NCBI GenBank assembly: GCA_964016885.1
Contig: OZ024741.1
Location: 389,360,001 to 389,424,000, forward strand
Source: Eledone cirrhosa
Lineage: Eukaryota
DNA: 64,000 nt
Reading direction: 5' to 3'
Numbering within the stretch: position 1 is the stretch's first letter; every line of letters begins with the position of its first letter. The notes under the pieces are model-generated. The model was not told where the DNA came from. It did not search any database and worked only from the letters and a program-made list of their open reading frames with translations. Positions 39,280 to 52,737 of this stretch are shown piece after piece. The translations under genes were made by a program, and so were the position numbers.

Positions 39280-39368
39280 ATCTCCCGGACAGATTAGAGA
39301 TTAATCTGTTTCGCCCTGAAAAGTTGTGTTTGTAACAGATAATCCGGAGGCAGTCTTCAGCAGGAGAT
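39280..39368 (-). ncRNA. type I hammerhead ribozyme with full stem III
   Basis: AUCUCCUG-CUGAAGA-cu-GCCU..GGGC-GAAAC-AGAUUA..UAAUCU-GUC-CGGGAGAU. Confidence 0.7.
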
Positions 39369-39589
39369 GAGATTATATGCGACAAACACCTATGAGAGTA
39401 GGTAAACTAAATAAACACGAGGGAATGAAATACCTCGTGTGTCCGTCGTTACAAGTGGCGTGGGTGGATTGTAAAACGGCTGGAAATAATAAACCAACCT
39501 GGTCTTACTCCCCTCGTAATTCTAAACACAATTTACTGTGTTTATTCCTATATATATATATGTGTGTGTGTATACTCTTTTACTTATTC

Positions 39590-41464
39590 CAGTCATCCAG
39601 CCGAAGCCATGCTGGGGCACACCCCATGTTGCTACACATTCTATCTCCAACCCCTGTTGGCTAGCCATTGGTGTAAGAGGGTGTTCGATGCGGCTGTCCT
39701 TAGGTTTCCTTCGTACCGTGCTGTGAGCTCATCCGTGATCTTGGATAGCAGGGTGTCAAGAGAACATCCACATCCACACCATGTAGATCTCTCAAATATG
39801 TTGGCAGCTTGTTGAAGAGTTTAGGGCCTTTGAAACCTAGGCTATTTCAATATATGTTCCTTATTCTAGATCTGAAAGACAGGACCTTTGGCATCACACA
39901 TTGACGTCCTGTTCGTGGGTTGGTCCAGCTTTCAATGCCAAAGTTTGGTGCTAGTCCCTCCAAGATGTTCTATACGTATAGCACTGCGTATCTCTCTCAT
40001 CTAAGGAGTAAAATTTCAGTTCTTTTAGCCTCTCCCAGTAGCTCATCTCCTTCATCGTGGCAATCCTCTTGGTGTAACTTCATTGGATTGCCACAAGCTC
40101 CGTGCTTAGTTTCATACTATGGGGTGTCCACAGCTGGGAGTAGTAGTCCAGGCAGCTTAGGATAACTGCCCTCCATAGTATCAACATGGTCTCTCAGTCT
40201 CTTGTCCGGAAAGTCCTCAAGATCCAGCCACCAAGTCATCTGCACATTGTTGCCACCCTCATGGTGTGAAGAAAAAGATGCATCGTCGCTAATATCTATC
40301 CCCAGGTCTCATCGATTTTGACACGGGAATTTCAATCCCTCCTGGTCCGGTGTAGCTGAGTTGTATTGTCTGTGTGTTTGCAGATTGGTATTGTAGGGCT
40401 TGAAATTTTCCAGCATTAAACTGCATGTTGTCCTCAGCCTATTTGTATATGGAATCCAGATCTTGTTGTAAAAGGGCAGCATCAGCCGGGTTTTTGATTG
40501 TCTGTGCTACCTTTGTGTCATCAACATAGCTAGTGGCATGTCTGAGGGAGCCACCAAAAACATTAGTTGTCCCAAGACTTTGCCCTGGGGCATCCCACTT
40601 GTTATTGATGTTCCCTTTGAGAGGGCCCCGTTGCCTTAAATGTCAGGCTTCTGTCTTTTAAGAAATCATACAGCCACTCACCTACTTTTCCAGTTGTGCC
40701 GAGTCTGTGTAGTTTGTGACATATCATTCCGTGGTCGACCTTGTCAAATGCCTTCGCAAAGTCAAGATATATCACGTCCACATGTGAGCTGTCCAGCAGT
40801 TGTTTCAGTACCCAGTCATAGTGCTGTAACAGCTGTGTAAGGCAGCTTCTTCCTCCGAAAGCCATGCTACGTGCTAGTTAGGTGGTCATTTTCCTCGAGG
40901 AACGTGATCAGTTTATTTCTGATGATTCGTTCCATGACCTTACTGATATGTGATGCCAGGGAGACTGGCCTATAGTTTTTGGCCTCCGCTCTGCTTCCTC
41001 TATAGATAGGGCATATTGTGCCTTCTTTTAGCTCTCTGGATAGTTTACCGCTAGCCAAAGAACTTCTGAAGAGGATCTTCAGTGGTCTTGCTAAGGCACG
41101 TTTACATGCTTTTAGGGGACTTCTTGTAATCCATCATGTCCAGCAGCTGGGTTTGTTCTAATTTCGTCTATGGCGGATATCACATATTTCTCTGTTATGT
41201 CTATGCGGTTGATGGTCGCCATTTCTTCGTGGAGTGTTGTGACATCAAAGAAATCCTCTGGCTTTGTTATTTGCATGTGCCTCAGAGGAGGTGTGAACAC
41301 ACTTTTGTACTGTTCATTCAGTATTTCACTTATCCCTTGAGGATCCTCAGTTAATGAACTATCTTTATCGAAGAGTGGCCCAATCTTGCAGTGTAAAGAG
41401 GCAGTTTCTTTTGCAAATTTAAAGAAGGCTATAGGGTTTGTTTTAATATTTTCTATGGCCCTGG

Positions 41465-41522
<58 letters not shown>

Positions 41523-42940
41523 CTCTCCTTCTCATGGGAAAGTTTGAATGCAGTTTCAATTTCAAATAGTGCTTGTTTCAGATAGGGTTCCTTCTTTTTT
41601 TCTGTTGTGCATTTAACTGGTTTGAGATCTTAGTTCTACGTCTCATAAGGATTTTCCTGTCTCTGGGAATAAGATTTTTGTGTTCGTTGGCCTTTTTCTC
41701 CGGGACAAACTTATGGCATATAATTTGTATTGTTGTTATGAAATGTTGAAAATGTGTGTTGGTGTCTTGTGTAGTGATGTTGTCGCTCCATTTTTGCTTC
41801 CGGATTTCTCTCTTGATCTTTTTCCAGCTAGCCTTGTAAAAGCTTAGGCTGGATAAATTCCCGGTGCTTCTTAATGGTTGCTTACTCTCTCAGACCACAT
41901 ATCGTTAGTTCGACTAATTTATGATCCGAGAAAATCGTTGGTGTCACCTTTGCATTGTGGATGATCACTGCGTTATTTTTAAAGCAGAGATCCAGGAAAT
42001 TCTCGCCTCTTGTTAGGAGGAGTACTGCTTGTTCCATGAACAGCCTGTGTGTGAGGGCCAGCAGGGACTACGTCTGTCTCAGTTCGGGTGATGTTATTCC
42101 AGGGAGGAGGTGATACGTTAATTTATGTACGTAGAATATTGAGACTCTGGTCCAGTTTGTCAAGGACTTTTTCCATCCCTCTCACTTACCTTCATGATTA
42201 GGGGCGTCGGGTGGCCGATATGAGACATATTACCGTTTTTAGTTGCTTCATATGTACTATCAGTGTGTCACAAACTGACTTTAAATGTGTCAACAGTACA
42301 ATTGGTGTGATATCTTCACGGATATACAGAGCAACCCCACCATGAGTTCTCTCCTTCCTGTCTGAACAAATTACAGTATATTTTGGTGTATGTATTTCCG
42401 CATCTGCTATACTGCTTATCAGGTTCACTTTGGTTAGTGTCATGCATATTGCTTGATTGCTTATGGCTAAATCTCTCAGGTAGGAAATTTTACTCATGTT
42501 AGTGAGTTTCACGAGACCTCTGACATTCAACAGCAGCACTGGTGTGACATTTGGGGTGTCAGCAATGGTTGTCGATGTGACACCTGGCCTGGTGTCAGCG
42601 GCAGCCACTCTGGGTCCCTTGATTGTAGTCGTCTCGAGTGCCGGTGTAAGTGACCCTGGCTCTGAAAATGGTGTAGCCAGGTCAGTTGTCCCACAATTCT
42701 CTCCGCCATTTCTAAAAAATTATTTTGCTCCGCTGTCGCCACCTGTATTTCATCTGTATATGCCTTCTCCTCTTTGTTGGGGCGGCGCGCGCGACATCGC
42801 CATACTTCTGGGGCAGCTTACATCGGCTCTGGTTTTCGCTGGGGCATTTTGGGTGAGTAGGTTGTGCGTACTCACCAGGGGCCTGGGGTGAGCGAACTAC
42901 ATCCTGTCCCTGTTTCTCCATGCAAGCAGGTTCTGTTCCT
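39590..42940 (-). mobile_element. CR1-group LINE, degraded
   Basis: LLNVRGL..DRKERTHGGVALYI (APE); AKNYRPVSLASHISKVMER and GRSCLTQLL..DVIYLDFAKAFDKVDH (RT). Confidence 0.85.
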
Positions 42941-42954
42941 GTATATATATATAT

Positions 42955-43110
42955 ATTAAAATAACAGATTAAAGTTTAAGCAAAGAATCGCTGCTTTCAC
43001 CCTTAACGGGATCTTCTGAAATATTTGCTCTACGGTTCTTATATATTTGATATACATTATCCTTATCGAGCCCTCTTTGGATTTTAGTCTTCACATTTAT
43101 TATTATTACT
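42955..43110. mobile_element. third copy of the CAGAAGA hammerhead element, 5' part inverted
   Basis: 42964-43021 is the reverse complement of the motif. 43020-43110 is the downstream part in + orientation. TA repeats on both sides. Confidence 0.7.
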
Positions 43111-43896
43111 ATATATATATAAATGTGCGTGTGTGTGTGTAACAAACAAAAGTTTATCGCTCTACATGGCTGAATACAATAAATGTAATCTGAGTTTTTC
43201 GAATATCAATGATAATATTTGATTCGTTCGCAATGATGCAAACAGCCTCTTTAAAGCCATGTCAGAAGAATGACCCCCTCATTGCTCTTGTGTTGGCATG
43301 TAAACAGAACTCCAGACACTTATGTTTCTGGGTGAAAATATATGATATTTTCTAAAATATACAGTGACTGGTCGGCCTGATTTGCATATTAGCAGACTGC
43401 CTGATCAGTCAGATCTGCATATTAGCAGATCCACTGATCAGCCAGATTTGCATATCAGCAGATAGGCCAGTCAGTTTCATGTATACGAGCGATTAATGGC
43501 CGGCTTTGCCATATTCAAATAACAAACAAAAGTTTATCGCTCTACATGGCTGAATACAATAAATGTAATCTGAGTTTTTCAAATATTAATAATAATATTA
43601 GATTCGTTTGCAAATGAGGCTACTCAGCCGATGTGTACTTAAGAAAATACTATATATTTTCAACCGTTCTACAAACTGGCAGAGGTATACAGTCCTGATG
43701 AAGGGTAATGACCCAGAAACATGGCGTTCCTCAAAGCTAATTTTGAACAAACAGGTGACGTTCGGTCACTGGCACGGTACCGCTTCAAAGCGGGCCGTTT
43801 GTTTACAAACGAATCGAACATTATTATTAATGTTCGATATAACCCATACATATGTATATGTATATATGTGTATGTATATATATGTATGCGCGTATA

Positions 43897-45159
43897 CAGG
43901 GTGCGGACGGTATTTGAGGACAGACTTATGGTTTTTAAAAAAACCGCTTATATAATAACAGAAAAAAAAACTGTATTCTTATAAAAATAACATAAACATA
44001 AAGCTAAATTATCAATTTAATAATTTCATTCAATAAAAACACCATAAGCATCAATAACTGCCTCTAAACGGGGTCGAAATCGTTTGCAAGCTCGGATTAA
44101 GCGGTCCTTGTTCATATCGGACATGACTCGAATTATGGCGGCTTTCAAAGAATCTTTGGTGCTATGGGGGTGTTTATTGACATTTTTCTCAACGATGCTC
44201 CATACATAGTCCAGTGGATTGAGACCTGGAGAATTAGGAGGCCAAATGTTGGGTGTGATGTGATCATGCAAATTGTCAGCCATCCATTCTTGTGTCATTT
44301 GAGCCTTGTGTGACGGTGCAGGATCTTGTTGAAAGACATAAGGCCTTCCATTGCATACACTGTTGATCCAAAGCTTAACAACTTTTTCCAGAACCTCAAT
44401 ATACGCAGCAGCATTCACCCTAAGGCCTTGTGGAAAAAAGTGAGGAGGTATCACATGACCTTCATTGCTAAGAACACCCAAAACCATGACACTTGCAGGA
44501 AATGTTGTGTGCATTATTACTCTTGGAACGTCAGAAGGGTCTGTACATAGCCACCTGTCATTTCTTCTGTTAGTTTTGTGGTCCTGGTCAAAGTTTTTCT
44601 CATCTGAGAAAAACCAAATCACGCCATCTTCTGATGTATTTTTAACTTTGTTTAAAAGTCTTGGGTCTGATTAAACGCTTTTCTTTTGTTTTTTCTGGCA
44701 TTAATTGACCTCTCCTCATCACGTAAGATTTGTATCTGATGTCTTCATGCACAACATTTCTGATTGCTTTTTCTGACACACCAAAATCTTTTTGCAAATG
44801 ACCTCATTGATTTTCCTGGATTGTCATTAATGTTTTGCTTAACTTCCTGAATAAATTCAGGTGTCCTGATAGAATCAGAGCGTTTGGAATGTTTTTTACG
44901 TTTTGATACAGGTAATACGTTTCCATTTTCTTTCTCTAACTCACACCGAATCTTGTGGACAAAAGATTTTGCAACTTTCAGAAAACGAGAAATTTCTAAA
45001 TCCCATGCTTAGCCTTCAAAGCCACAATCACAGCATGCCTTTTCATTTCATTAGTAAGCATAGTTATTTCCATTGTTATTTTCTGAAATGGAAGTTCAAT
45101 AAAGATTAGTCAAATAATGAGTAAAATTACATGCGTCCTCAAATACCGTCCGCACCCTG
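43897..45159 (-). mobile_element. Tc1/mariner DD37D (maT-type) transposon, frameshifted
   Basis: TIRs CAGGGTGCGGACGGTATTTGAGGAC with TA on both sides. FSDEKNF..QQD-x37-D (SPGLNPLDY). Confidence 0.93.
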
Positions 45160-45174
45160 TACTATGTGTATATG

Positions 45175-45258
<84 letters not shown>

Positions 45259-45369
45259 TGTGCGTGTGCATACTTACATTTATGTATCAGCTGTGCTAGA
45301 GCGAGAAATAAAATTCTTTCTAAATGTTTACCTATAAACATACCATATTTCTTTAGAAATACGAAGTTC

Positions 45370-45456
<87 letters not shown>

Positions 45457-46559
45457 CATATATATACATATATTGAAAATGATAGGTGGGTACAGGTATT
45501 TGTAGCTGCTGGTCTGTCCAGTACTGTACTGAGTGAGAAAACCCTTCGTATTCTCGGTACCTTACTCCATCATGAACCTCTGCAGTTAGATGCATCAAGG
45601 ATAAAGCAATTTCATTTTCTTTCACTCTAGTTATCCTCAATGTTTTCTCTGGAAAAAAAAACCGTAACAGCAGCCATTCCCTTCACCTTTGCTACCTATT
45701 GCTGTTGTTACTGCCTCAATTGCTGTGTCCCGCCTTCTTCCTTTTGTTTTTCCCCTTTTTTCTGAACAGAAGACCCTCAAGTGACTTTTGCTATGACACG
45801 TGGAGCAACTGGGCCGTCTGCTCTGTACCCCCGGTCTGATTGACCTCCTATAGGTCTCTTAATCGAGTACAACTACGAGATAACCTTATAGTTTCCGTGG
45901 CTTATCAGGGCTGGGGGATATGCAAATCCACATACGACAACATTCTGCTGTGTGTCATCTCTGTGTGAGCCACTTGTCCGTACTGTGGTACAAAAGTGAC
46001 AACGTGATTTAACATTTGTACTAATGTCTGTGACCTTTACATTCCTTACCCTCATTTACCGTGGCATAAGCTAGCGAGTAAATGTATGGAGCACCAGCTC
46101 TGCTTGCCTCCTCACATCATCCTTGATCTTAAAAGCTAGATACAAATTTCCATATAACCTGTCCTAGTTGCTGAAGAACGTAGTTTGCCACACACCATCT
46201 GTGGCTTCCTCTAACTCCTATTTCATTATCATATGGAAGCTCCTACGTTTCTTTTTACAGAGGTATGTCGCATTCCTCTTTGCTCTTTCGTAGATAAGTT
46301 GATTGAACAAGGAGGCTTTTCTTAGTGTGACAAATCTCTTCCACATTTTTCCCTTTGCCCGGAGTTGACTGATGTCTTTTATTTCTTTTTGGTACACAAA
46401 AAAATCCTCCTGTATTTTGTCGTATTTTACAAAACAAATCTTGTATTTTTGTTATTGCTTGTTAAATACGAGGATCTTACATAAACCTATTCTTCTCGCT
46501 AACAACTCAACACCCCTCCCGCCCGCCCCCACGCACCACCATTATTATTACGTGGACCA

Positions 46560-49500
46560 ATCATAAGCCAGAGGCCTATACTATCGCTTACCTGGTCGCC
46601 TTCGATATGTAGGATGGAAGGACTACGGAGTTCTGGAGAGTTGAAGAGAGAAAAATCTGGACGCTCAGCGACAATGCCAAAGATAAAGACAAATTCACCT
46701 CGTGGACGAGAATGCGAGCATTCCTCTTTGTTTCGGCCGCGGATGGCTAACATAACCCCATCTCCCCCCGCTCCCCACCGCTCCCACCCTCCAAACGCAA
46801 TCCAAAACTTCAGAGTTGGTACCATGAATGTAGGCACCTTAAAGGGTCGCTCTAACGAAGTTGTAGAAATGCTTGAACGTAAGGAGGTCGATGTTTGTTG
46901 TATTCAAGAGACCAGGTGGAGGGGTGGGTCTGCTAGATTCATTGTGGGTAAAAAACGATGCTATAAGCTTTTCTGGGTGGGAAATGACAATGGGCTGGGT
47001 GGAGTAGGAATCATGGTAGCAGAAAAGTGGGCAGATAAGATAATAGACGTAAATAGAGTGAACGACAGAATAATTAAAATAAGACTTGTCCTCAATAGAA
47101 CTACGGTGACAGTAATATCTGCGTACGCACCCCAATCCGGACTGCCCGGCACTATAAAAGACAGATTCTATGAGACACTGATGCTCACTACCTCCCAAAT
47201 AACCGACAGTGACTATATAATTATTGCAGGCGACCTAAATGGTCACGTTCGACAACATTGTGACGGCTACCACGAAATCCATGGAGGCTATGGGTTTGGT
47301 ACTAGAAATGAGGAAGGCTCCAGAATCCTGGAATTCTGTGACGCAAATAACCTAACTATCTGTAACACTAACTTCAAAAAACGTGACGATCACCTGATCA
47401 CCTATAGATCCGGGGAACACACAAGCCAGGTAGATTATATCCTTACCAGAAGACGTGACAGAGTGTCTGTTGTAAACACTAAATCCCTCCCCCATGAAGA
47501 ATGCACCTCCCAACATAGACTGATAATTAGCGAACTAATAGTCAGGACGAGACGTACTAGACAACAGAAGAGGACTATCCTCAGGAGAAAAATATGGAAG
47601 CTAAAGGACCCCACAGCCAGAAATAAATTCAAAAGTATACTACTTGATGCTTTCGACAGTAAGGAAGAGCAATTAGAGTCGTACAATATAGAGGAGCAGT
47701 GGGAATTCCTGAAAGCAAACCTGCTGATGGCGGCAGACGAAGTCTGTGGCTGGAGCAGGCCTGTAGGCAGGAGGAAAGTAACATGGTGGTGGAACAGTAA
47801 GGTGGAGGGGTCAATTAAGGCCAAAAAGCAGGCTTGGAAAGTATGGCGGGATGGAGGAAGCAGAGAAGACTATCAAGTGGCCAGGAGGGAAGCTAGGAGA
47901 CAAGTGTACTTCGCAAGAAGGGAAGCAGAGGAAAGAAAGTTCAAGCATGTTCTACAACGTGAGGACCAAAAACGTGAGGTGTTCAGGATTGCTAGGCAAT
48001 GTGTCAAGGAAAACCGTGATATTGTCGGGGAGAAGTGTGTACTTAATGATGACGGCGTACTTGCCATCACCGACGCTGATAAGAAGGTAGCTTGGAAGTG
48101 TCACTATGAAAGGCTACTAAATGAGGAGAATAAATGGGAGAAAGACAGTCTCCCCCACATCGACCCAATAGAGGGACCAGCAGTGTTAGTCGAGGGTAGT
48201 ATAATAAGTAAGGCAATCAAAGATATGAAGACGGGTAAGGCGGCTGGGCCTTCAGAAATAGTTGCCGAGATGCTGAAGGCATCTGGTACGGTGGGACACA
48301 CCATGGTCACCCGGATAGTTAACCAAGTCGTACAGAATGGGGTTGTTCTGAAGGACTGGCGTAGCAGCATCATCGTTAACTGTTATAAGGGTAAAGGAGA
48401 TGCCCTAGATAGGAGTAACTATAGAGGCATTAAATTAATCGACCAGGTCATGAAGGTCACGGAAAAAGTAATAGCGCAACTAATCAGAGAGAGAATTGAT
48501 CTAGATGAAATGCAGTTCGGGTTTGTGTCAGGCAAAAGTACCACAGACGCTCTTTTCATTGTACGACAACTACAGGAGAAGTACCTAGCTAAAAGTAAAC
48601 CCCTATACTTAGCTTTTGTCGACTTGGAGAAAGCCTTCGACAGAGTCCCCCGTTCCATTATCTGGTGGGCTCTTAGAAAACTAGGTGTTGAGAGCTATAC
48701 AAGCCATGTATAAAGAAACAGTCAGCAAGGTTAGAATTAACAACGAATATAGTGAAGAGTTTAGCGTAAAAGTTGGCGTCCATCAGGGCTCTGTTCTCAG
48801 CCCCCTACTATTTATTATTGCGCTTCAGGCTATAACAGAGGAGTTCAAGACCGGTTGCCCATGGGAACTCCTATACGCAGATGACCTAACACTCATAGCT
48901 GAATCAATGGCCGAGCTAGAGAAGAAATTCCAAACATGGAAGCACGGCCTAGAATCAAAAGGCCTTAAAATTAACCTGGCTAAGACTAAAGTTCTAGTTT
49001 GTAAGAAAGAAAATAAGGCGGCGGTCCCTTCCGGGAAGTGTCCATGCTCAGTGTGTAGGAAAGGCGTAGGTAGAAACTCCATTTTGTGTCCCAAATGCAA
49101 AGTATGGGTGCATAAAAGATGTAGTGGGATCACAGGTAAGCTAACTAAGAACATAGATTTTACATGTGGCCGGTGCTCTGGTGCAATAAGTAGCAGCAAG
49201 TGCCCACAAAATACTAGCTCTTTCAACTGCGCAGAGGGTTCTATAGAAATAGTGGACAGCTTCCGTTACCTGGGTGACAAAATCAGCAGTGGGGGAGGGT
49301 GCTCTGAAAGTACAGTAGCTAGAGTCAGAACTGGATGGAAAAAGTTCAGAGAGCTTATACCACTATTAGCCGCTAAAGGGTTCTCCCTAAAAATGAAAGG
49401 CAGGTTGTATGATGCCTGCATACGAACAGCAATGTTGCATGGCAGTGAGACCTGGGCATTGTGTGCAGAGGATATACGCAGACTAGAGAGGAACGAAGCT

Positions 49501-50130
49501 TGCATGCTCCGCTGGATGTGTAATAGTAATATACGTGAACGGCAAAGCATAAACGAACTAAAAAGTTAGAAATAAGAGAGATCAGATGTTGTTTACTCGA
49601 GAGAAGGCTACGTTGGTATGGTCACGTGATGCGCATGAAGGACGATAGCTGTATAACAAAGTGCAGGGCAATAAAGATAGACGGTAGCCACGGAATAGGC
49701 AGACCCAGAAAAACCTGGGACGAGCTGATAAATTCCGACCTCACACACTTACACCTCACCAAGACAATGTCACTGGACCGAGACCTTTGGCGGTACTCAG
49801 TAATAGAGAAGACCCGCCTTACCTAAATACAAAGTAAAACCTACTACAGTCAGTAGGCATCTCTAACAAAATACACCCCTGTCCCACCACCCCCACCCCA
49901 TCCACACCGCCCCTTTCAATGTAAAGTATGTTGGTGCCGCGCCATCCAGGCCGAAACAAATGAAATCGTGTAGGTGTCACGTCAAAAAACACACAGTTTA
50001 CGCTGTAATGTGGCCGTGTAGGCAACACGGTAAAAACCTCCCAGCCCCACACTGTAAATGTGGTTGGTGTTAGGAAGGGCATCCAGCTGTAGAAAACCCG
50101 CCAGATAGTCCTATGCGAGCAAGATAATCA
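46560..50130 (+). mobile_element. RTE-clade LINE with PHD finger in the RT region, near full length
   Basis: ORFs 46614-48713 (APE + RT start), 48685-49569 (HQGSVLSP, YADD, PHD) and 49626-49826. Small indels break the frame. Confidence 0.92.
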
Positions 50131-52234
50131 CATCTTTTCTACTCTAGGTTAATGGGGTAGAAGTTCAAATATTCTGAAAAGAAAATGTTTCAGTAAATAA
50201 TCCTGTGATTAAGAAAGGCCGGAAGAATGATAATGAATTATGCGTAAAGATATTCCAATTCTTTGTAATTTCAACATCCAATAGTACGATAGAAGAGAGA
50301 GTTAAAAACCAGATATTGTTATAGTTAGTAAGGCAAAATGGAAATTCGAAAAGTATCTGGATTTCAAGTATGAAATTGTGACATTATGGAACATTAACAG
50401 CGTCGATATCACAGACCTCAGATTGAATGTGAAGGACACGATCACAGTTCCTTCCTACAAACCAAACCATATATATATATATATATCATTTAGTTACTAA
50501 AATAAAACTTGCGGCCGTCAAGAGCAGCTAGTTTTTGGAAATCGATGTCTATGGATGTCTCGTTTAACCAGAGATTTTCAATTGCCTGGAAATTATTCAA
50601 GAAAAACCTGTTCCAATAACGGCATCTGACTCCCGTTTGAAAATTATCGTTGGCTGCTTCAATATCTAAATCTTTTCAGCCAGACTAAACCTGCAGTTTC
50701 GTAATATGTTAAAATGTTGGCAACGCTTTATGTTATTAGAGGGAATTCTTATCCTTGGTTTCTGAGTTTCCAGATAAATTGGTACAGGACCATAAAGTAT
50801 TCCTTATTTGTTGGCATAAATTAATGAAAAGGCTAATGGTAATTATTGACGTTTGAAAGTGTTTGCAGTGACTTCCGTGTAATTCCTTTCGATACCATCA
50901 AGGTATATTATGAATACTCGATATACAATTCCTTAGGAGAGATAAAGTCCCTCTGAGTGGACAGGTAGATGCAATTCGACAACTCCAAATCGGCTGTTGG
51001 TGTAGGAATGGTATGGATGCAGGATTTCGATTTGGGAAGTGATGCGGTTCAAGCAAGAATAGCTGTTCTTAACGTTGTGAATATCGAAAAGTTTATCGTG
51101 CGCCTGCGTTGGTGGGAAGGTTGTCTTACCAAAGCAAGAAAATTCCTGAATATGTTGGTGGTCCCTAAGCTTAATCCACCACAGAATTAATTTAACGTAG
51201 TATTTTGTCTTATGTTTTAGGATTCAACGTACTTTCAGATATTAATGTCCATGAACTAGCTATCATATATTTGTATGTTCGTCTTAATCTAGATAATCTC
51301 AGATTACGAACCTTAATCTTTTTGTCGATAGGATGGATGACATATTTAAACTGTTTTTCGTTTATAAATTAATTGTGATATTAAATATGAAGCTAATTGG
51401 GAAAATGGTATTCATTTGTTAAGTGGTTGAGAGTATTTTTAATGCTTAGAGTATCAAGAACCTAAAGTAGAATTAGGTATGCTGTGATATGAAAATATTA
51501 TCAATTACTAATAATTTTTTCTATTTTTTTACTTTCGACAATTAAGAGAGACAACTCCTGGCATATTTAACTTTTATTGAAGTTTGTCCGCAGAATCTTA
51601 TCATAGCTGTAACTTATTTATATTATTCCCTAGCATGCTTGCCGAAGTATTCACAATTAAATATATATTTTGAAGAGTGAAAAATAATTATTATTTGTAA
51701 ATTAAATTATACCTGCATGATGTATATTCAATACATGATGTATATTATTTATTCAATACTTGTAATATTAAACAGTTAAGAGTTAGAGTTATCATTAGAG
51801 TTATCTTAGTGCATCGGTTAATTCTCGACAGATGAAAATCGTGTTCGAATAGTTTATTTATTTGTAATCCAACTCAACCTCCTCCTATTAGATTACAATT
51901 GTTTCGAAACAATTGTAAACTAATAAACACTTCTTCATGAATTTTGGTTGATTTTCTCTAATTATAACTTTGATATTTACGCTCTGCCTATATATTTAAT
52001 GCTTGGCTTAAGCTTTGTTTTGCCCTCTCTGAACACTTGTCTTGCATCCTATATACATTGAGCATACTGCCCTCCTTCTACTGGCATTTAATTTTCACAA
52101 ATTAATCTCTACATTATCTTCTTGGATTGGATTGTATACATACCAATGATATATGTATATAAGTTAATCCGGGTTCAATCGGAGGTAACCACACTAAGTA
52201 AGGTACTCAATACATAGTAGAGTATATATGTTTA

Positions 52235-52426
52235 ATATAGAAAAGCTTCTACATGACTAGAACTGTTTCATTCATCCGAAATCATCAGAAAGCTGACTGT
52301 CCAAGTAAATATGATGGTATTTATATCCTACCGCCAGAAAAGATATAAATACCACCATATTTACTTGGACAGCCAGCTTCCTGATGATTTCGCATGGATG
52401 AAACAATTCTAGTCCTGTAGAAGCTT

Positions 52427-52434
<8 letters not shown>
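52235..52434. repeat. ~200-bp inverted repeat with a hammerhead motif in each arm (52244-52294 -, 52375-52425 +)
   Basis: AGCUUC-CUGAUGA-..-GAAACA..UGU-A-GAAGCU. Confidence 0.75.
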
Positions 52435-52467
<33 letters not shown>

Positions 52468-52737
52468 TCTTTTCAATATAAAGCGTGAAACTAATAAGAC
52501 ATTTTGTACCTCTGTTTGCTGTCTCTTTGAACTATATATATATTATATATATTATATATATACAGGTTTGTATATATATATATATATGTGTGTGTGTGCG
52601 TGGGTGTATTGTTATACTTGGAGGGAGGGGGGTCATGCTGCCAATAAAAACACACGCACCTGTTGGTTTTCACTTCAATTTATTATAAATTCACGGTTGG
52701 TTGATAGGTTCGATAACCAGATGGTTGTTTATATATT

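Noticed and set aside
43370-43470. Short spaced repeats resembling a CRISPR array
   Set aside because: Only three degenerate tandem units with related spacers, no cas genes, and a eukaryotic context.
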